A DNA stretch of 64,000 bases from Scyliorhinus canicula (taxonomy: Eukaryota), in assembly GCF_902713615.1 (NCBI RefSeq), contig NC_052146.1, positions 204,061,199 through 204,125,198 on the forward strand. The letters run 5' to 3'. The notes beneath the pieces are model-generated. The model was given only the letters and a program-made list of their open reading frames with translations. It was not told the DNA's origin and did not search any database. Made by a program: the position numbers and the translations under genes. Below, piece after piece: positions 11,960 to 23,940 of this stretch (within the stretch, counting starts at the first letter, position 1; every line of letters begins with the position of its first letter).

Positions 11960-12820
11960 AAGAAAGATGTGCATTTATATTAACCACGATCAAATGACAT
12001 TGTTGCGCCTGACTTGTGACGCAACAAGGCCGTTAAATCTCATGAGAGATTTCTCATGAGATTCGCGACTCTCGGAACGCCTCGCGAGACCTAACGAGAC
12101 GTTAGGATCTGAATCTTGCCCTCGCTGGGAGAGATCTGATTATCAGATTTAAATAAGCCATTAGGCTCATTTAAATATGTCTGTGCCCGATCATCCTCAG
12201 GCCTAACCTGGGAGACCTCACCATGGCACCGTTGGGGAGCTTGTAGGCCATGGTGGGGGGACTACAGAGGGGCGACATTTAAATATGATGCCTCAACCTC
12301 TTCCTGTACTGATGAGCTGAACGCATCAGTGCAGGATATGAGGTAAGTGTGGCCTCAGTGGGGCGTTCCCCACAGAGGCTCCCAAAAAAACCCAAGTCCC
12401 ATTCGATAGCTGGGTTGTTCTCGCTGCTGCAGACACCGAGAAACACCCCACGACCCGAGTCCTGAATAACCCAAAGGACTTCACAGCCAAAAAAGTACTT
12501 TTGAAGTGTAATCACTGCTGTAATTTAGGAAACACCACAGCCAATTTGCATACAGCAACCTCCCACAAATAGTAGTGTAACATTGGCCAGATAATCTGTT
12601 TTTGTGATGTTGGTTAAGGGGTGAATGCTGGCCAGAGCATGAGGGATAATCCTCCTCCTCTTCTGAATATTACAATGGTATCTTATACATCATCTGAGAG
12701 GGCTGACAGGACTTTGGTTTAAAACTTCATCCAATGCACAGCATTTCCAGCAGTGCGACACTCCCGCAGTACTGCACTGGAGTGTCAGCCTCAGTTCTTG
12801 TGTGCTCAAGTTCTGGGAAA
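11960..12820 (-). mobile_element. Deu-domain SINE (SacSINE1/AmnSINE1-like), interrupted at about 11990-12455 by a palindromic DNA-element remnant
   Basis: Reverse complement contains gtgcagtactgcgggagtgtcgcactg...gatgaagttttaaacc...cagattatctgg...acacttcaaaagtactt; homologous to 56845-57265. Confidence 0.7.
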
Positions 12821-14000
12821 GAACTTTACGCCTTATAAGCACCCCCTCCCTCCCCCACCCCTCCACCACCCTGCCGGCAGCTTTATAGTTGGGGGCTGAC
12901 CGTAATATTTCTCAGATGGCCTTCCCACTGGCCTCCGTCTGGCCCGATCTGGTGTCCTTGGCTGAAACAACTTGTCAACACAATAGGATTAATGTAAAAG
13001 TTGTTCACCAGTACTTTTTACTTCACACATCATTCTAAGATATGGCTGAGCACAGTGTCAAAATATAGTCAAGCAATCCCAACATGCTTTAGCAAGTTCT
13101 TTTTTAATAATAGCAACTAATAATAATATATTTTCTAAGTGGTCCAAAGCAATTAATAATTCCTCACATTACTTTCATTCTGCAGAAAGAGTTCAGGAAC
13201 ATGGGGAAACCTCAAAAGTGAATAGTGTTCATGTGGTGGCTCGAAGCAGTGCCAGGCAGATGGTAGCAAAGAAGGTTTGTATGCTCCTGCACAATATGCC
13301 CCCAGGCAGTCACGTACACGGCAAGGGCATGCTTGTTAAAGGCATTAACACTTCCTTCCTCAATAACATATGTACAAATAAGGTATATACAATAACTATA
13401 TACAAAATCAACCAAAACGGAAGAGAGCCAAAACAGTCCACCACAGCGTTAACCTATGAGGAGATTTCCCAGGTCTTATGGACCATCTTAATTCTCCAAT
13501 TGGCTTCTCCAACATGGGGTAATGGCATCATCATCCTTCGCAGAAAGTTCCTGAGAGCCAACAAGCTGCAGGGTAATTCCCTTCAAAGAGCTTGTTCCTG
13601 GATCATCGATGGAGCCTCCTCGAAACTACTTGGTCCCCTTTGTTCTGGCTCCACCAGAGGAGTACTGGTGCTGCCTGCCAGCTCCAACTGTCTGAGATTG
13701 GGGTTGTGGTCCCCGGCTTCTCCAGTGGTCAGTGTGTTTCTTCACTGTCCTGCCATTCAAGTGCACATCTGAAACTGGGCCTGACTTGAACACAATTCAG
13801 CCTGGTAACCACAGTGGCCTGAGGCAAAGCTTCAGACAAGGAAAAGGTTGCCCACTTCGATTGTTTTGTTCCCTTTTCGCGAAGTGTGTTGTTTCTTCTG
13901 AGAGGCCTCCACCCTCCCCCAAAATTTGGGAAAACCAAGTCCAACCAGGTCCTCAGACAACGACCCATCACGATTCTGTAACGTGACACCTGTAATGGCA

Positions 14001-14033
<33 letters not shown>

Positions 14034-14607
14034 CGTATTATAAGACAAAAGAAAGTTAGCCAACCTGAGACGTAGTGATCTGATGGACTGCCTCTTCAAA
14101 GCTGGTTTGAATGTTTGCGCAGCTCTCTCCGCTAATCCATTTGAAGCATGGTAACAGGGCGCTGTTCTGGATGCCGAATGCCATTCGTTCTGACAAAATG
14201 CTGAAAGTCCTCACTAGTGAAGCGAGTGCTGTTATCAGACACTATTACTTTGGGGAGGCAAACATCCACCGCAAAGCCTCTACTCTAGCCGCCATCATTC
14301 GAATCTTTTGAACCTCCAACCACTTTGAACATGCATCGACCAAAACAAGGAACATCTTGCCTATGAAGGGACCAGCGAAGTCCACATGTACCTTCATTCA
14401 TGGGCTCCCAGACCACCCCTAAGCGTGGAGGGGCTGCAGAGGGCAGTGTCTGTTGTGTAAGTCAAGAGTTGCAATGGCACTCTGTGTAATCAATGTCCTT
14501 GTCGATGCCAGGCCACCATATGTAGCTAAGAATGAACGTTTTCATTTTTGTCTGCCTCAGACAGACACTATGTAATTCCTGCAACAACGGCTCTTGGGCT
14601 GGGGATG

Positions 14608-15188
14608 TGATGCGACCATCAATTCACACGAGACGATGAGTAGAAGTGAACAGTGTCATAATATACACACAAGTATATGATGGTGCACAGACAGGCATTG
14701 ATTGACACACAGGATGACCAATGAACACACAGAACACAGCAGCCAATCACCAGACAGGACACCACCATTATAAAGCCAGAGGACACTAGCTTTCCCGCTC
14801 TCTTGGGATGCAGCCTCTGAGACAGTCTGAGCCCGTGAGCAACAACTAGAACATACACCATGTGGTAGCAGGATAGTCTGGTCAGGTTAGCTCAGGTCTC
14901 CAGTCAACTCAGCATAGTGTAAACCCACAGTTAAAGTATGTATGATAGTTAAGAGTTCAATAAAATCGAGTTGCATTTCTTTAAGTGTTGGAACCCTGTC
15001 TCTCTCACTGCTGCAGTAAACGCAGTCCTCGCAGACCAGCTTACCCAACACATCAAACAGTGGTTTTAATCAGCTAGATCTTATATACTACCCCCCGAAT
15101 GGGCGGAGCCACAGGCAGAGCCCACAGGGGCATCAACATAATACAATACAATACAGTGGTGAATTGCAGTAGCAATACGTTCACCACA
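14608..15188 (-). mobile_element. Solo LTR (family C, TGTGGT...CATCA), itself interrupted
   Basis: TG...CA termini with a 5-bp TSD GGATG (14603-14607 and 15189-15193). Termini match the Gypsy 3' LTR at 63666-63907. Confidence 0.85.
14654..15055 (+). mobile_element. Solo LTR (family B, TGTCAT...ACATCA)
   Basis: 5-bp TSD AACAG; TATAAA and AATAAA present; homologue at 44385-44778. Confidence 0.9.
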
Positions 15189-15270
15189 GGATGCTACTAC
15201 TGCTCAGGATCCCCTGAGTATGACTCCATCCTCACAAATAAGTTCATCTTTACGGGTAAGGGACAGTCTT

Positions 15271-15495
15271 TTTTAAAATAAATTTAGAGTACCCAATTCA
15301 CTTTTTCCAAGTAAGGGGCAATTTAGCGTGGCCAATCCGCCTAGCCTACACAGCTTTGGGTTGTGGGGGTTAAATCCACGCAAAAACGGGGAAAATGTGC
15401 AAATTCCACACGGACAGTTACCCAGAGCCGGGATTGAACCTGGGACCTCGGCGCTGTGAGGTAGGAGTGCTATCCACTGCGCCACCGTGCTGCCC
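15271..15495 (-). mobile_element. HE1-type SINE (short tail)
   Basis: 14-bp TSD taagggacagtctt / taaggtacagtctt. Confidence 0.9.
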
Positions 15496-15904
15496 TAAGG
15501 TACAGTCTTAATTAGTCAGATATATCATGGTGCCACCTGGTTAAGATCATGCGTTTCAATTCGGGCAGGACTGGGTCCTGTTGTATCCAATTCTTTATGT
15601 GGCCAGCTAAAACTGGCAGGTTATCTTGAAGTGCCCGGGGGGGGGGGGGGGGGGGGGGGGGGTGTTAGGTTCTTGTCGACTCACCCCATCAGTATTCAAA
15701 AACTGTGTATCCGGTCTGTGCTGAAAGATGCAGTCAAAGGCCGCCACCAATAGGGCCCACCGTTGTACTCTGTCAGAGGCGATTGGTGCTATTGGCTTAT
15801 CTTCACGAAGGAGCCCCAGCGGGGGATTGTGGTCCGTTATTATTGTAATGCATTGGCCGTAAACATACTAGTGAAATTTCTTAACGCTGTAGATTATGGC
15901 AAGG

Positions 15905-16062
15905 CCTTATTGTCACGAGTAGGCTTCAAATGAAGTTACTGTGAAAAGCCCCTAGTCGCCACATTCCGGCGCCTGTTCGGGAAGGCTGTTACGGGAATCG
16001 AACCATGCTGCTGGCCTGCTTGGTCTGCTTTCAAAGCCAGTGATTTAGCCCTGTGCTAAACT
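15905..16062 (-). mobile_element. Second tRNA-SINE family (head 2 plus tail Y)
   Basis: Reverse complement gtttagcacagggctaaatcactggctttgaaagcag...gaacaggcgccggaatgtggcgactaggggc; matches 27788-27960. Confidence 0.8.
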
Positions 16063-16503
16063 AGCTGGGACTTCTCATATGGCTCTCACCTTATCTTCAA
16101 ATGGCTACAGGCCTTTTGAATCCACTTTGAATCCTAGGTAAGTGACCTCACTAGCTTGAAAAGTGCACTTCTTCTGTTTGAGTTGGATTCCCGTATCTCT
16201 AAATCTTCTCAACATTATCTAAACTTATCTGGTGCCCCTCATATAAGGTTCCTGTTGCTAGGATGTCATCCAAGTAGACCACAACATTTGGGATGCCTTG
16301 GAGGAGATTCTGCATTGGGTGCTGGAATATCGCGCAGCCCGAGGAGATGCCAAAAGGTAATCTAATGTATTGAAACAGGCCTTTATGTGTCTTAATTGTC
16401 ACAAACCTTTGGGAATCCTCATCTGGTTCTAGCTGCAAGTAAGCATGACTGAAGGTCGAGTTTGGTGTATGTGAAGCCTCCTGCCAACTTTGCATAAAAA
16501 GGC

Positions 16504-16715
16504 AGGCAGCACGGTGGCCTCGTGGTTAGCCGTGCTGAGGTCCCAGGTTCGATCCCGGCTCTGGGTCACTGTCCGTGTGGAGTTTGCACATTCTCCACGT
16601 GTCTGCGTGGGTTTCGCCCCCACAACCCAAAAATGTGCAGAGTAGGTGGATTGGCCACACTAAATTGCCCCTTAATTGGAAAAAATAATTGGGTCATCTA
16701 AATTTTTTTTTTAAA
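16504..16715 (+). mobile_element. HE1-type SINE (short tail) inserted in Gypsy RT
   Basis: Head and core present; flanked by a duplicated tttgcataaa..ggc. Confidence 0.85.
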
Positions 16716-18284
16716 TTTGCATAAAGGCTTCAATTCGTGGAATTGGGTATTTATCCATGTGGGCTGCCTGGTTTATTGTAAGCTTGTAGTCCCCACATAT
16801 CGAAATGGATTAGTCGGTTTTAAGACAGGGACAATGGAGGCTGCCCACTCTGAAAACTGGACAGGTCTGATAATTCCCAGTTCTTCCAGGTGTTAAAGTT
16901 CAGCTTCCACTCTTTGGTGTAAGGTATAAGGGACCGCTCTCGCTCTGAAAAACATTGGTGTTGAGTCTTGGGTTGACATAAATCTTGGCCTTTACGACCT
17001 TTATTCGACCCAACTCGTCTGGAACACGTCTTTGTATCTGTATAAGACTTCCTGAAAGATGCTCCCCAAGACTGAAAATATTTCCAACCAGTTAAATTCA
17101 ATTTAGCGCAGACAATCCTGCCCATCAAGCTTTGTCAATGTCCCTTGACAATGACCACAGGTAGCTGGGCATCTTGTTGCTGATATAACACTGGAATCAT
17201 AGTTGTTCCCAAAATGTTTAGGGTCTCCCCGTATATGTTGTGAACTTGGCTACTCTCTCACTCGAGTTCAAAATCCGAACATTTCCTTGAAGATATTAAA
17301 TGTTTGTTCACCCACAACTGTGGCTGACGCCCTGGTGTCGACCTTCAGCTTAAGTGGCCTTTCATTTATTGTGAGGACTATCTGAATTGGGGCTGTTTTG
17401 TTCGCGTTCAATCTTTATATTTCAGGTTCTTCATCTGAAATCCTCTCCACTTAGTTCACTGGAGTTATGGTTTGCTATTTCTTTTGTGTTCTGACAAGCA
17501 CGGCAATGTACCTGGATATGGCCATTCCTATCGCACTGAAAACAAAAAAACTCTCTGCAATGGCTCGAATCGTGGGGGTGATCTCCCTCGCACCGATAAT
17601 AGTCATCTTGACTTCTGGGCTGATGGCACAATTTTTCACCAGGCTGCTGACTACAATCCTGTTCTTGGGAGTGTGGCCGAACTTCCTCTGTGCGTGTCAA
17701 CCTGGCTGCATGCCTTGCAGTCATACCACCCCACAAGTGGTTCACCTCACCTTCTTGCACGGTTTGAAGATCTGATGCTCCCCTCTCAATGAACTTGGTT
17801 GCCTGGGTGGTCTCAATCGCCCTGTCTAGGGTAATCTTCATTTGAGCCAGAAGCTTCTTTTGCACACTTATGTTGTTAATACCATAAATGAAATGATCAC
17901 GTAGCATGTTGCCCAGTGCTGCACCAAACTGGCAATGCTTAGCCATTTGCCTGAGTCTTGAAATAAAGGCAGAGATCATTTCTCCTTGGTCCTTGGCAGG
18001 TGAATTGAACTGGTATTGCTGTAGTATGATTGAGGGTCTGGGGACGAAATGCTCCCTGACCAGCTTAACCAACAGGTCAAATGACTTTTGTGTCAACAGC
18101 CTCCGGGGATGTCAACATTCTTAAAGGATGTAAGTTTTTGACCCACAAACTGAAAATAGGATAATTTTCTGTTTATCCTCCCCCATTATTTCATCTGCCA
18201 TGAAGAAGTAATGGAGCCACTTAATATATTGGCTCCAATCTTCAAACCACGATTAAATAGGTCTAACTTCCCAATTCTGGGCAT

Positions 18285-18475
18285 GTTTAGCACTGCTGCC
18301 TCACGGTGCCAAGGACCCAGGTTCGATCGCGGCCCTGGGTCACTGTCTGTGTTGAGTTTGCACATTCTCCCCGTGTCTGCGTGTGTCTCACCCCCAAAAT
18401 CCAAAGATGTGCAGAGTAGGTGGATTGGCCCCGCTAAATTGCCCGTTAATTGGGGATAAAATATATTTTTTTAAA
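18285..18475 (+). mobile_element. HE1-type SINE, 5'-truncated
   Basis: ttagcactgctgcctcacgg...aaattgcccgttaattgggg; it abuts the gag ATG. Confidence 0.8.
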
Positions 18476-18749
18476 ACAAGGGTAATATATATACAGGCAC
18501 AGAGTCTCTAATATAGTTGTTTACACTCTGGCATCCAGGTTCACTCTGACCAGGACCATGATCCCCGGGCCCCATGCTTTCTTCTCATTGGTCGGGGTTC
18601 GGACATTCCCACACAATCGGCCCCGAGCCAGTCATGTGGGCCACGAGAGCACATCCCGTGAAGGGGCCACGCTAACGCGGATTCAGGGACCGGCAGGAAA
18701 TATCTCCATCAGCAATCTCTCTTTAACATTGAGCAACCCTCAAATATAT

Positions 18750-19140
18750 TTTTTATTCATTCATATGATGTGAGCATCACTGGCAATGTCATCATTTGTT
18801 GCCCATCCCGAACTGCCCTTGAAACTGAGTTGCTTTATCAGCATTTCAGAGGACAGTTAAGAGTCAACCACATTGCAGTGGGTCTGAAGTCACATGTTGG
18901 CCAGATCAGGTAAGAATGGCAGATTTCCCTCCTTAAAGGACACTAGTGAGAAAAATGGATTTTTACAATAATGAATGATAGTTGTCCTGGTCACCATGAC
19001 TGAAACAGCTTCATATTTCAGATTTATTACTTGAATGTAAGTTCCATCAGCTGCCATCTTGGGATATTAACCCGCGCCCTCAGAGCCTGGGCATTTGGAT
19101 TGTAATCACAGTGTCATTAACATTACATCACCATCTTCCC
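18750..19140 (-). mobile_element. Older tRNA-SINE with CR1/L2-type tail
   Basis: Reverse-complement homologue of 1635-1990; a further fragment lies at about 21855-22025. Confidence 0.65.
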
Positions 19141-19598
19141 CCTGAGTATAACACTAAATGTGTTTACAGATTGGTTTAGTCTCAGATTGTTGCAGCGAAA
19201 GTGGTGGAGTTGGTGACTGAGGAATGGAGTTTGGAGTCGGGACCAAAATGCTTCGTTCTTCCTAATATTTAGCAGGCAGAAATTTCTGCTCATCTATTAC
19301 TGGATGTCAGATCAGCAGTCTGAAAATAGAGCAACAATGGAGGTGTCAAGAACATGATGGTGGTGAGGTATAGTGAAGTGTCACATGAAAGAAAAAACTT
19401 TAGCATTGCAATATTTCCTTAACCCAACACAGGAGAGTTTATATTAAGGGAGAAATTTTCGCTACCGAAGCACAGAGCCGGGAAATTTCCAAACGCAGCA
19501 GACCCATTTTGGAATAAAGTGCTCCATCAGACGCATTTTCACCCAGAGAATTCGAGGAGGGATTTAGTCCGCCTGCCAACCCCATAAGCAGATCAGAG

Positions 19599-20502
19599 TG
19601 TTGCTCGTTCTGGTGAGTGTGCTTAACACTCAATTGGCTCTGTTTTATTCCTTAGCTCTAGAGTCGCCAGGTATCTTTATACCACCACGAGGTTCAAGTT
19701 CAAGTTCAGATCAATGACTCAATACACCAGTTAGTAAGGTTCAATCAAACACATTTATTATTTACACAGTAAATCGATACTCATGCAACTAATACTAGTG
19801 GACTAAACTGTTCCTGCCACTACGAGCCAATACTTATCTTCGATAAGGGAACCCACTGGATCAGGGAACAATGACCTCTTGTCCTGTCCTGAGACTGCAG
19901 GCTTCCCAGTTGGTACGGGCTAAGGGGTCAGAAGTGTCTATTCTTGTAGCGAGCATTGGTTGGACACTTACTTGTCGGTGTAGCTGTTGGCCAGGCCTCT
20001 CCTTCTCACGTTCAAGTTCTTAGAGAGCTGCTGCAAAGGTGTTCTGCTGGGAGGGCCGGCTAAGAGCGCGAGCTAAACTTGGGACCTGACTTTTATAGGT
20101 CCCAGGGGCTTCGCGCCCTTTTGGGTGGACCCCGATCCTACTGTCAATCGATTGGGTCTCATCCCAATCGATTGGTACGAATCCCCCAATACTGAGGTTG
20201 TCCCTCGATCGCGGGGCGGTTCTTCCTGGCTTGTTTGTCTCCTTTGTTTCAGACTCCGTTGGCGCCGGGAAGTCTGACCTGCCATAGAATGTCCCAATTG
20301 TAGATAATCATTGTATCCATTGTTCCCGGGGATCGCTTCATTAATATGCAAACTGCTGGTTTCGGTGCTGTCTGCTTTCTTTGCAGCCAGAATACACATG
20401 AACTTCTGCAAACTGCTTGTCTCTTTATAATTGTCCAGTTTTCCCTGCAACCTTTGCGTTCTTCCATTTTGATTGGGAAAGTGGTCAACCCAGGTGGCTA
20501 CA
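19599..20502 (-). mobile_element. Solo LTR, 904 bp (family A; ERV-like or Gypsy)
   Basis: Minus strand runs TGTAGCCACC...TATAAAA...AATAAA...GAGCAACA; 4-bp TSD AGAG (19595-19598 and 20503-20506); homologue at 51798-52651. Confidence 0.88.
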
Positions 20503-22119
20503 AGAGGTAACAACGGCGGTGGGCAAGTGCCTAGGTGGGCTAGTTAGAACTACCAGCTAATTCTCTAATAGTCTCTTCAACCTGCCAATTAAATTGTAAA
20601 CCCTGTCAGCCACTCTGCCATGATATGTGTTTTTGGAACTTTTGAAACTCAGTTTCATATTCATAATGAGCACAGTTGTAATAACATCCCTTGGGAAATG
20701 TCAACAATGAACCCTATTGAAACTGCAGGAACGGATGTAATATTTTTTGTAAGCCAGACCAGGTGGCCTGTCAATTAAAACAGTCTAGCAGCCAGTGTTT
20801 CTTTACCCTGACAGCTATGGACTTTCTTTTAAATGCATAAATGGCTGGATATTTAAATAAGGTCAGATCAGGGTGCTTAAACAGACTTTATCCGCCTTTC
20901 AACAGCATTTACATTGCCCCATTACATCTTGATGCCCACATTGCACGTTAAGGTCCTTGGCACAGGGAAAATTATGTTTGTTTGAACTCAGTACTAATTT
21001 CAAATGCCCCTGCTGCATTTGGGATTCCCTGCCTGAGGGATCCAAGGATTTAAGCCCCGCTCCTCCTCCCACCGGCAAAGATGTGATCTGCGGGGAAAAG
21101 GGAGCAGGACCTCTGCGTGTGGGTCCCGCCTGCCATTTCTAAAGGTCTGCAGAATCAGTCCGACTCTGCAAAAATCTATCTAAACTTCAGACGAAAAGTT
21201 CAGAGTGTTAGCACTGGGCCAAGGCTGACACCTGTAGGCTAGAGTGTGAAAAACAAGATCTCAAGGGTGGTCATCTCTGGACTATGCCTGGTGCCATATG
21301 GGCTCTTGGCAGATCTTATGGCTCAATAGGTAGCACCTCAGGCTCTGAGACAGAAGCTCTGGGTTTAAGTCCCACTCCAGGACTTCTTAACAATGGAATG
21401 TGTACTCGTAGCACAGTTGAAACAGGTTACTAATCAGCCTGCTGACTGTTCCAACACTTCCCCCATTTCTTTAAGCGCATAGGAAGATATTAAACAAATA
21501 TTTCAGCATCGACATTCCAGTTTCCCCTCCTTAATTCTAATCTTCCCTCCTTGTTCATGTCCTGCAGGTGCACATAGGTATTGACCAAGAATAATTGTTT
21601 TTGAAAAAGCTCCGCGGTGTAATTTGACTGTCCCAGATTGAGTGGTTAGGGAGTGACACTTGAAACATCAGCAGTTTCCCCCAAACAGGCCATGCTGTTT
21701 CCCTCTGTGAATCTTCGACAAGAAGCAAAGCTTGTTTTACTTGTGTTGCTGTTCTAACCATTGGCAGCAGGGAAATCTCAGATTGATCGTTTGAGCTTCC
21801 ATCTGTATTTGATCGACACAGAGCAGCGGCCTTCTTGAAGCCCATGGAAAAGGCAATGCGGGGCATTGCTGGCAAGGCTCAGCATTTGTTGCCTGTCCCT
21901 AATTGCTCCCTTGAGTACAGTGACTTGCTCGGTCATTTCAGAGGGCAGTTAAGAGCCATTGCTGTGGGTCTAGTGTCACGTGTAGGAGAGACCAGGGTAA
22001 GGATGGCAGGTTGCCCTCCCTAAATGACAATCATGGTCCAGATTGAATAAAAACAGGAAAATGTTGGAAAGACTGAGCAGGTCTGGCAGGGACTGTGGAG
22101 AGAGAAACATAGTTATCCA

Positions 22120-23178
22120 GGGCGATTTTGCCTCCGAGTTCTGTGAACGCAAATGGCAAAGTGGCCGCAAAATCCTGCAAATATCGGAAAGCGAGATTCT
22201 CGCCGGCAAGATGTTGTTTTCCAATTTTACACACCCCTGAGCGGTGATGTAATAAGGGCAGGAACCTTATTTCAACTAATTTTGATAAATCTAAAGACAA
22301 TCAAAGAGTTTAAATATGTACGCCCCTCACCGAATAATCATACCTTGCCAATGTGATGTCAAGCTGGGATGGGTTATAACACGTCTTTAATGGCGGGGCC
22401 GCACAGCGGTACAGGGGCGGCACAGTTGTTAGCATTGCTGCATCACAGCTCCATGAGCCCAGGTTCAATTCCAGCCTTGGGTGACTGTCTGTTTGGAGTT
22501 TCCACTTTCTTCCCGTGTTTGCGTGGGTTAACTCCGGGTGCTCCGGTTTCCTCCCAGTTCAAAGATGTGCAGGTCAGGTGGGATGGCCATGATCAATTAC
22601 CACTTTGTGTCCAAAAGGTTACGTGGGGTTACTGGGTTGCGGCGATGGGATGGAGGCGTGGGCTTAAAAAGGGTGCTCTTTCCAAGTGTCAGTGCAGACT
22701 CGATGGGCTGAATGGCCTCCTCCTGCACTGTAGGGATGCTATGAAACTCACATTTCAAAAAAACTTGAAGCAGCCGAGGGAAACCTGTTCGGAGCAAAGA
22801 TAAGTATATTCCCCCAGGCACAACTGTCAGCACACTATTGTGATGTTGGACACTTTCTGTACCCCCTCTCTCACCCTCACCAGTCACGGCACCTGTTTCA
22901 TGATTTTTGAAAGCACAGTGAACCTCACCGTCGGGAACTCCTCCTAATGGAGGCAGAGGATCACGGAGGCCCCAGAGACTACTGGGTCAGGCCCTCTAAT
23001 GATATGCAAACAGCGTTTACTCTACATGTGGAGTGGAACGTTTTGACACTGCTGTTGAGGCACCGGAGATTTGCGATTTGGCATGAACCCGGCACCGGCC
23101 ACGATTTCGGCCTCAAAACCAATTGTCCGCCCAATCACGTTTCTCGATTCTGGCATCGGTCGAAAGAGAATCCCACCC
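22120..23178. mobile_element. Harbinger-type MITE (long, older), interrupted by a SINE
   Basis: GGGCGATTTT...GAGAATCCCACCC; 22810-22975 is an inverted homologue of 7880-8050. Confidence 0.65.
22414..22745 (+). mobile_element. HE1-type SINE with CR1 tail
   Basis: Head, core and ...gactcgatgggctgaatggcctcc tail. Confidence 0.85.
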
Positions 23179-23354
23179 ACAATATTTTGGCCTCAACTGC
23201 TTCCTGTGGGAGTAGTCAGTGCTCACATTCTTGTTACTATTCATGTTTCACTGACAGAAAATATTTAGGTGTGATGGCTCCTGAACCTGAATAGCTGACT
23301 GATATCCACCTTCCACATTAAGAGATATTGGTGTCTTACCATTGCCCCTAGAAA

Positions 23355-23940
23355 GATACAGTAAAGTATAGTCACCATAGCCCCAGATGACCATAGACTG
23401 CTTTCCCTTTTGAGGGGAAGAGCTGACTGGTGGTGATTTAACCTGAGGATCACCACACCTCAAACAAGGGGCAGCACGGTAGCATTGTGGATAGCACAAT
23501 CGCTTCACAGATCCAGGGTCCCAGGTTCGATTCCGGCTTGGGTCACTGTCTGTGCGGAGTCTGCACATCCTCCTCGTGTGTGCGTGGGTTTCCTCCGGGT
23601 GCTCCGGTTTCCTCCCATAGTCCAAAGAAGTGCAGGTTAGGTGGATTGGACATGATAAATTGCCCTTAGTGTCCAAAATTGCCCTTAGTGTTGGGTGGGG
23701 TTACTGGGTTATGGGTATAGGGTGGATGTGTTGACCTTGGGTAGGGTGCTCTTTCCAGGATCCGGTGCAGACTCGATGGGCCGAATGGCCTCCTTCTGCA
23801 CTGTAAATTCTATGATCTCCATGAAGATAGAGAAGGCGAGGCGTTCACAAATAAAATCAGCCGGACCAGAAATTGAACCCGTGCTGTTAGCCTCTCTCTG
23901 CATCAAAATCCAGCCGTTCAGCCAATTGAGCTAAACCGTC
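23355..23940 (-). mobile_element. Head-2 SINE with a different tail (tail X), interrupted by an HE1 SINE
   Basis: Reverse complement ggtttagctcaattggctgaacggctgg...gggttcaatttc, then gtgtggtgatcctcaggttaaatcaccaccagtcagctc...ctatggtgactatacttt. Confidence 0.65.
23468..23825 (+). mobile_element. HE1-type SINE, full length
   Basis: gggcagcacggtagcattgtgg...ctgtaaattctatga. Confidence 0.9.

Larger units (their letters stand above)
13200..18284 (-). mobile_element. Decayed Gypsy/Ty3 LTR retrotransposon (gag-PR-RT-RH-IN)
   Basis: Gag starts at ATG 18284 (MPRIGKLD...; ORF 17431-18096 with CFQCDRNGHIQVHC zinc knuckle). Protease LKVDTRAS at about 17330; RT RLPFGISS...VVVYLDDIL at about 16270; integrase ELH...SYIWWPGID at about 14520. 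PPT gaggaaggaag (13361-13351) is followed by the TG of a 3' LTR whose far end is unclear. Confidence 0.9.

Noticed and set aside
12304-12332. CTGATGA motif as a third hammerhead
   Set aside because: There is no downstream GAAA, and the motif is base-paired within a simple hairpin (actgatg...catcagt) of a DNA-element remnant.
13218-13772. 184-aa plus-strand ORF
   Set aside because: It is antisense to the Gypsy integrase tail and 3' region and has no domain features.
23468-23545. tRNA genes (A/B-box sequences here and at many other sites)
   Set aside because: All are SINE heads continuing into SINE cores; none is a standalone cloverleaf with a terminator.
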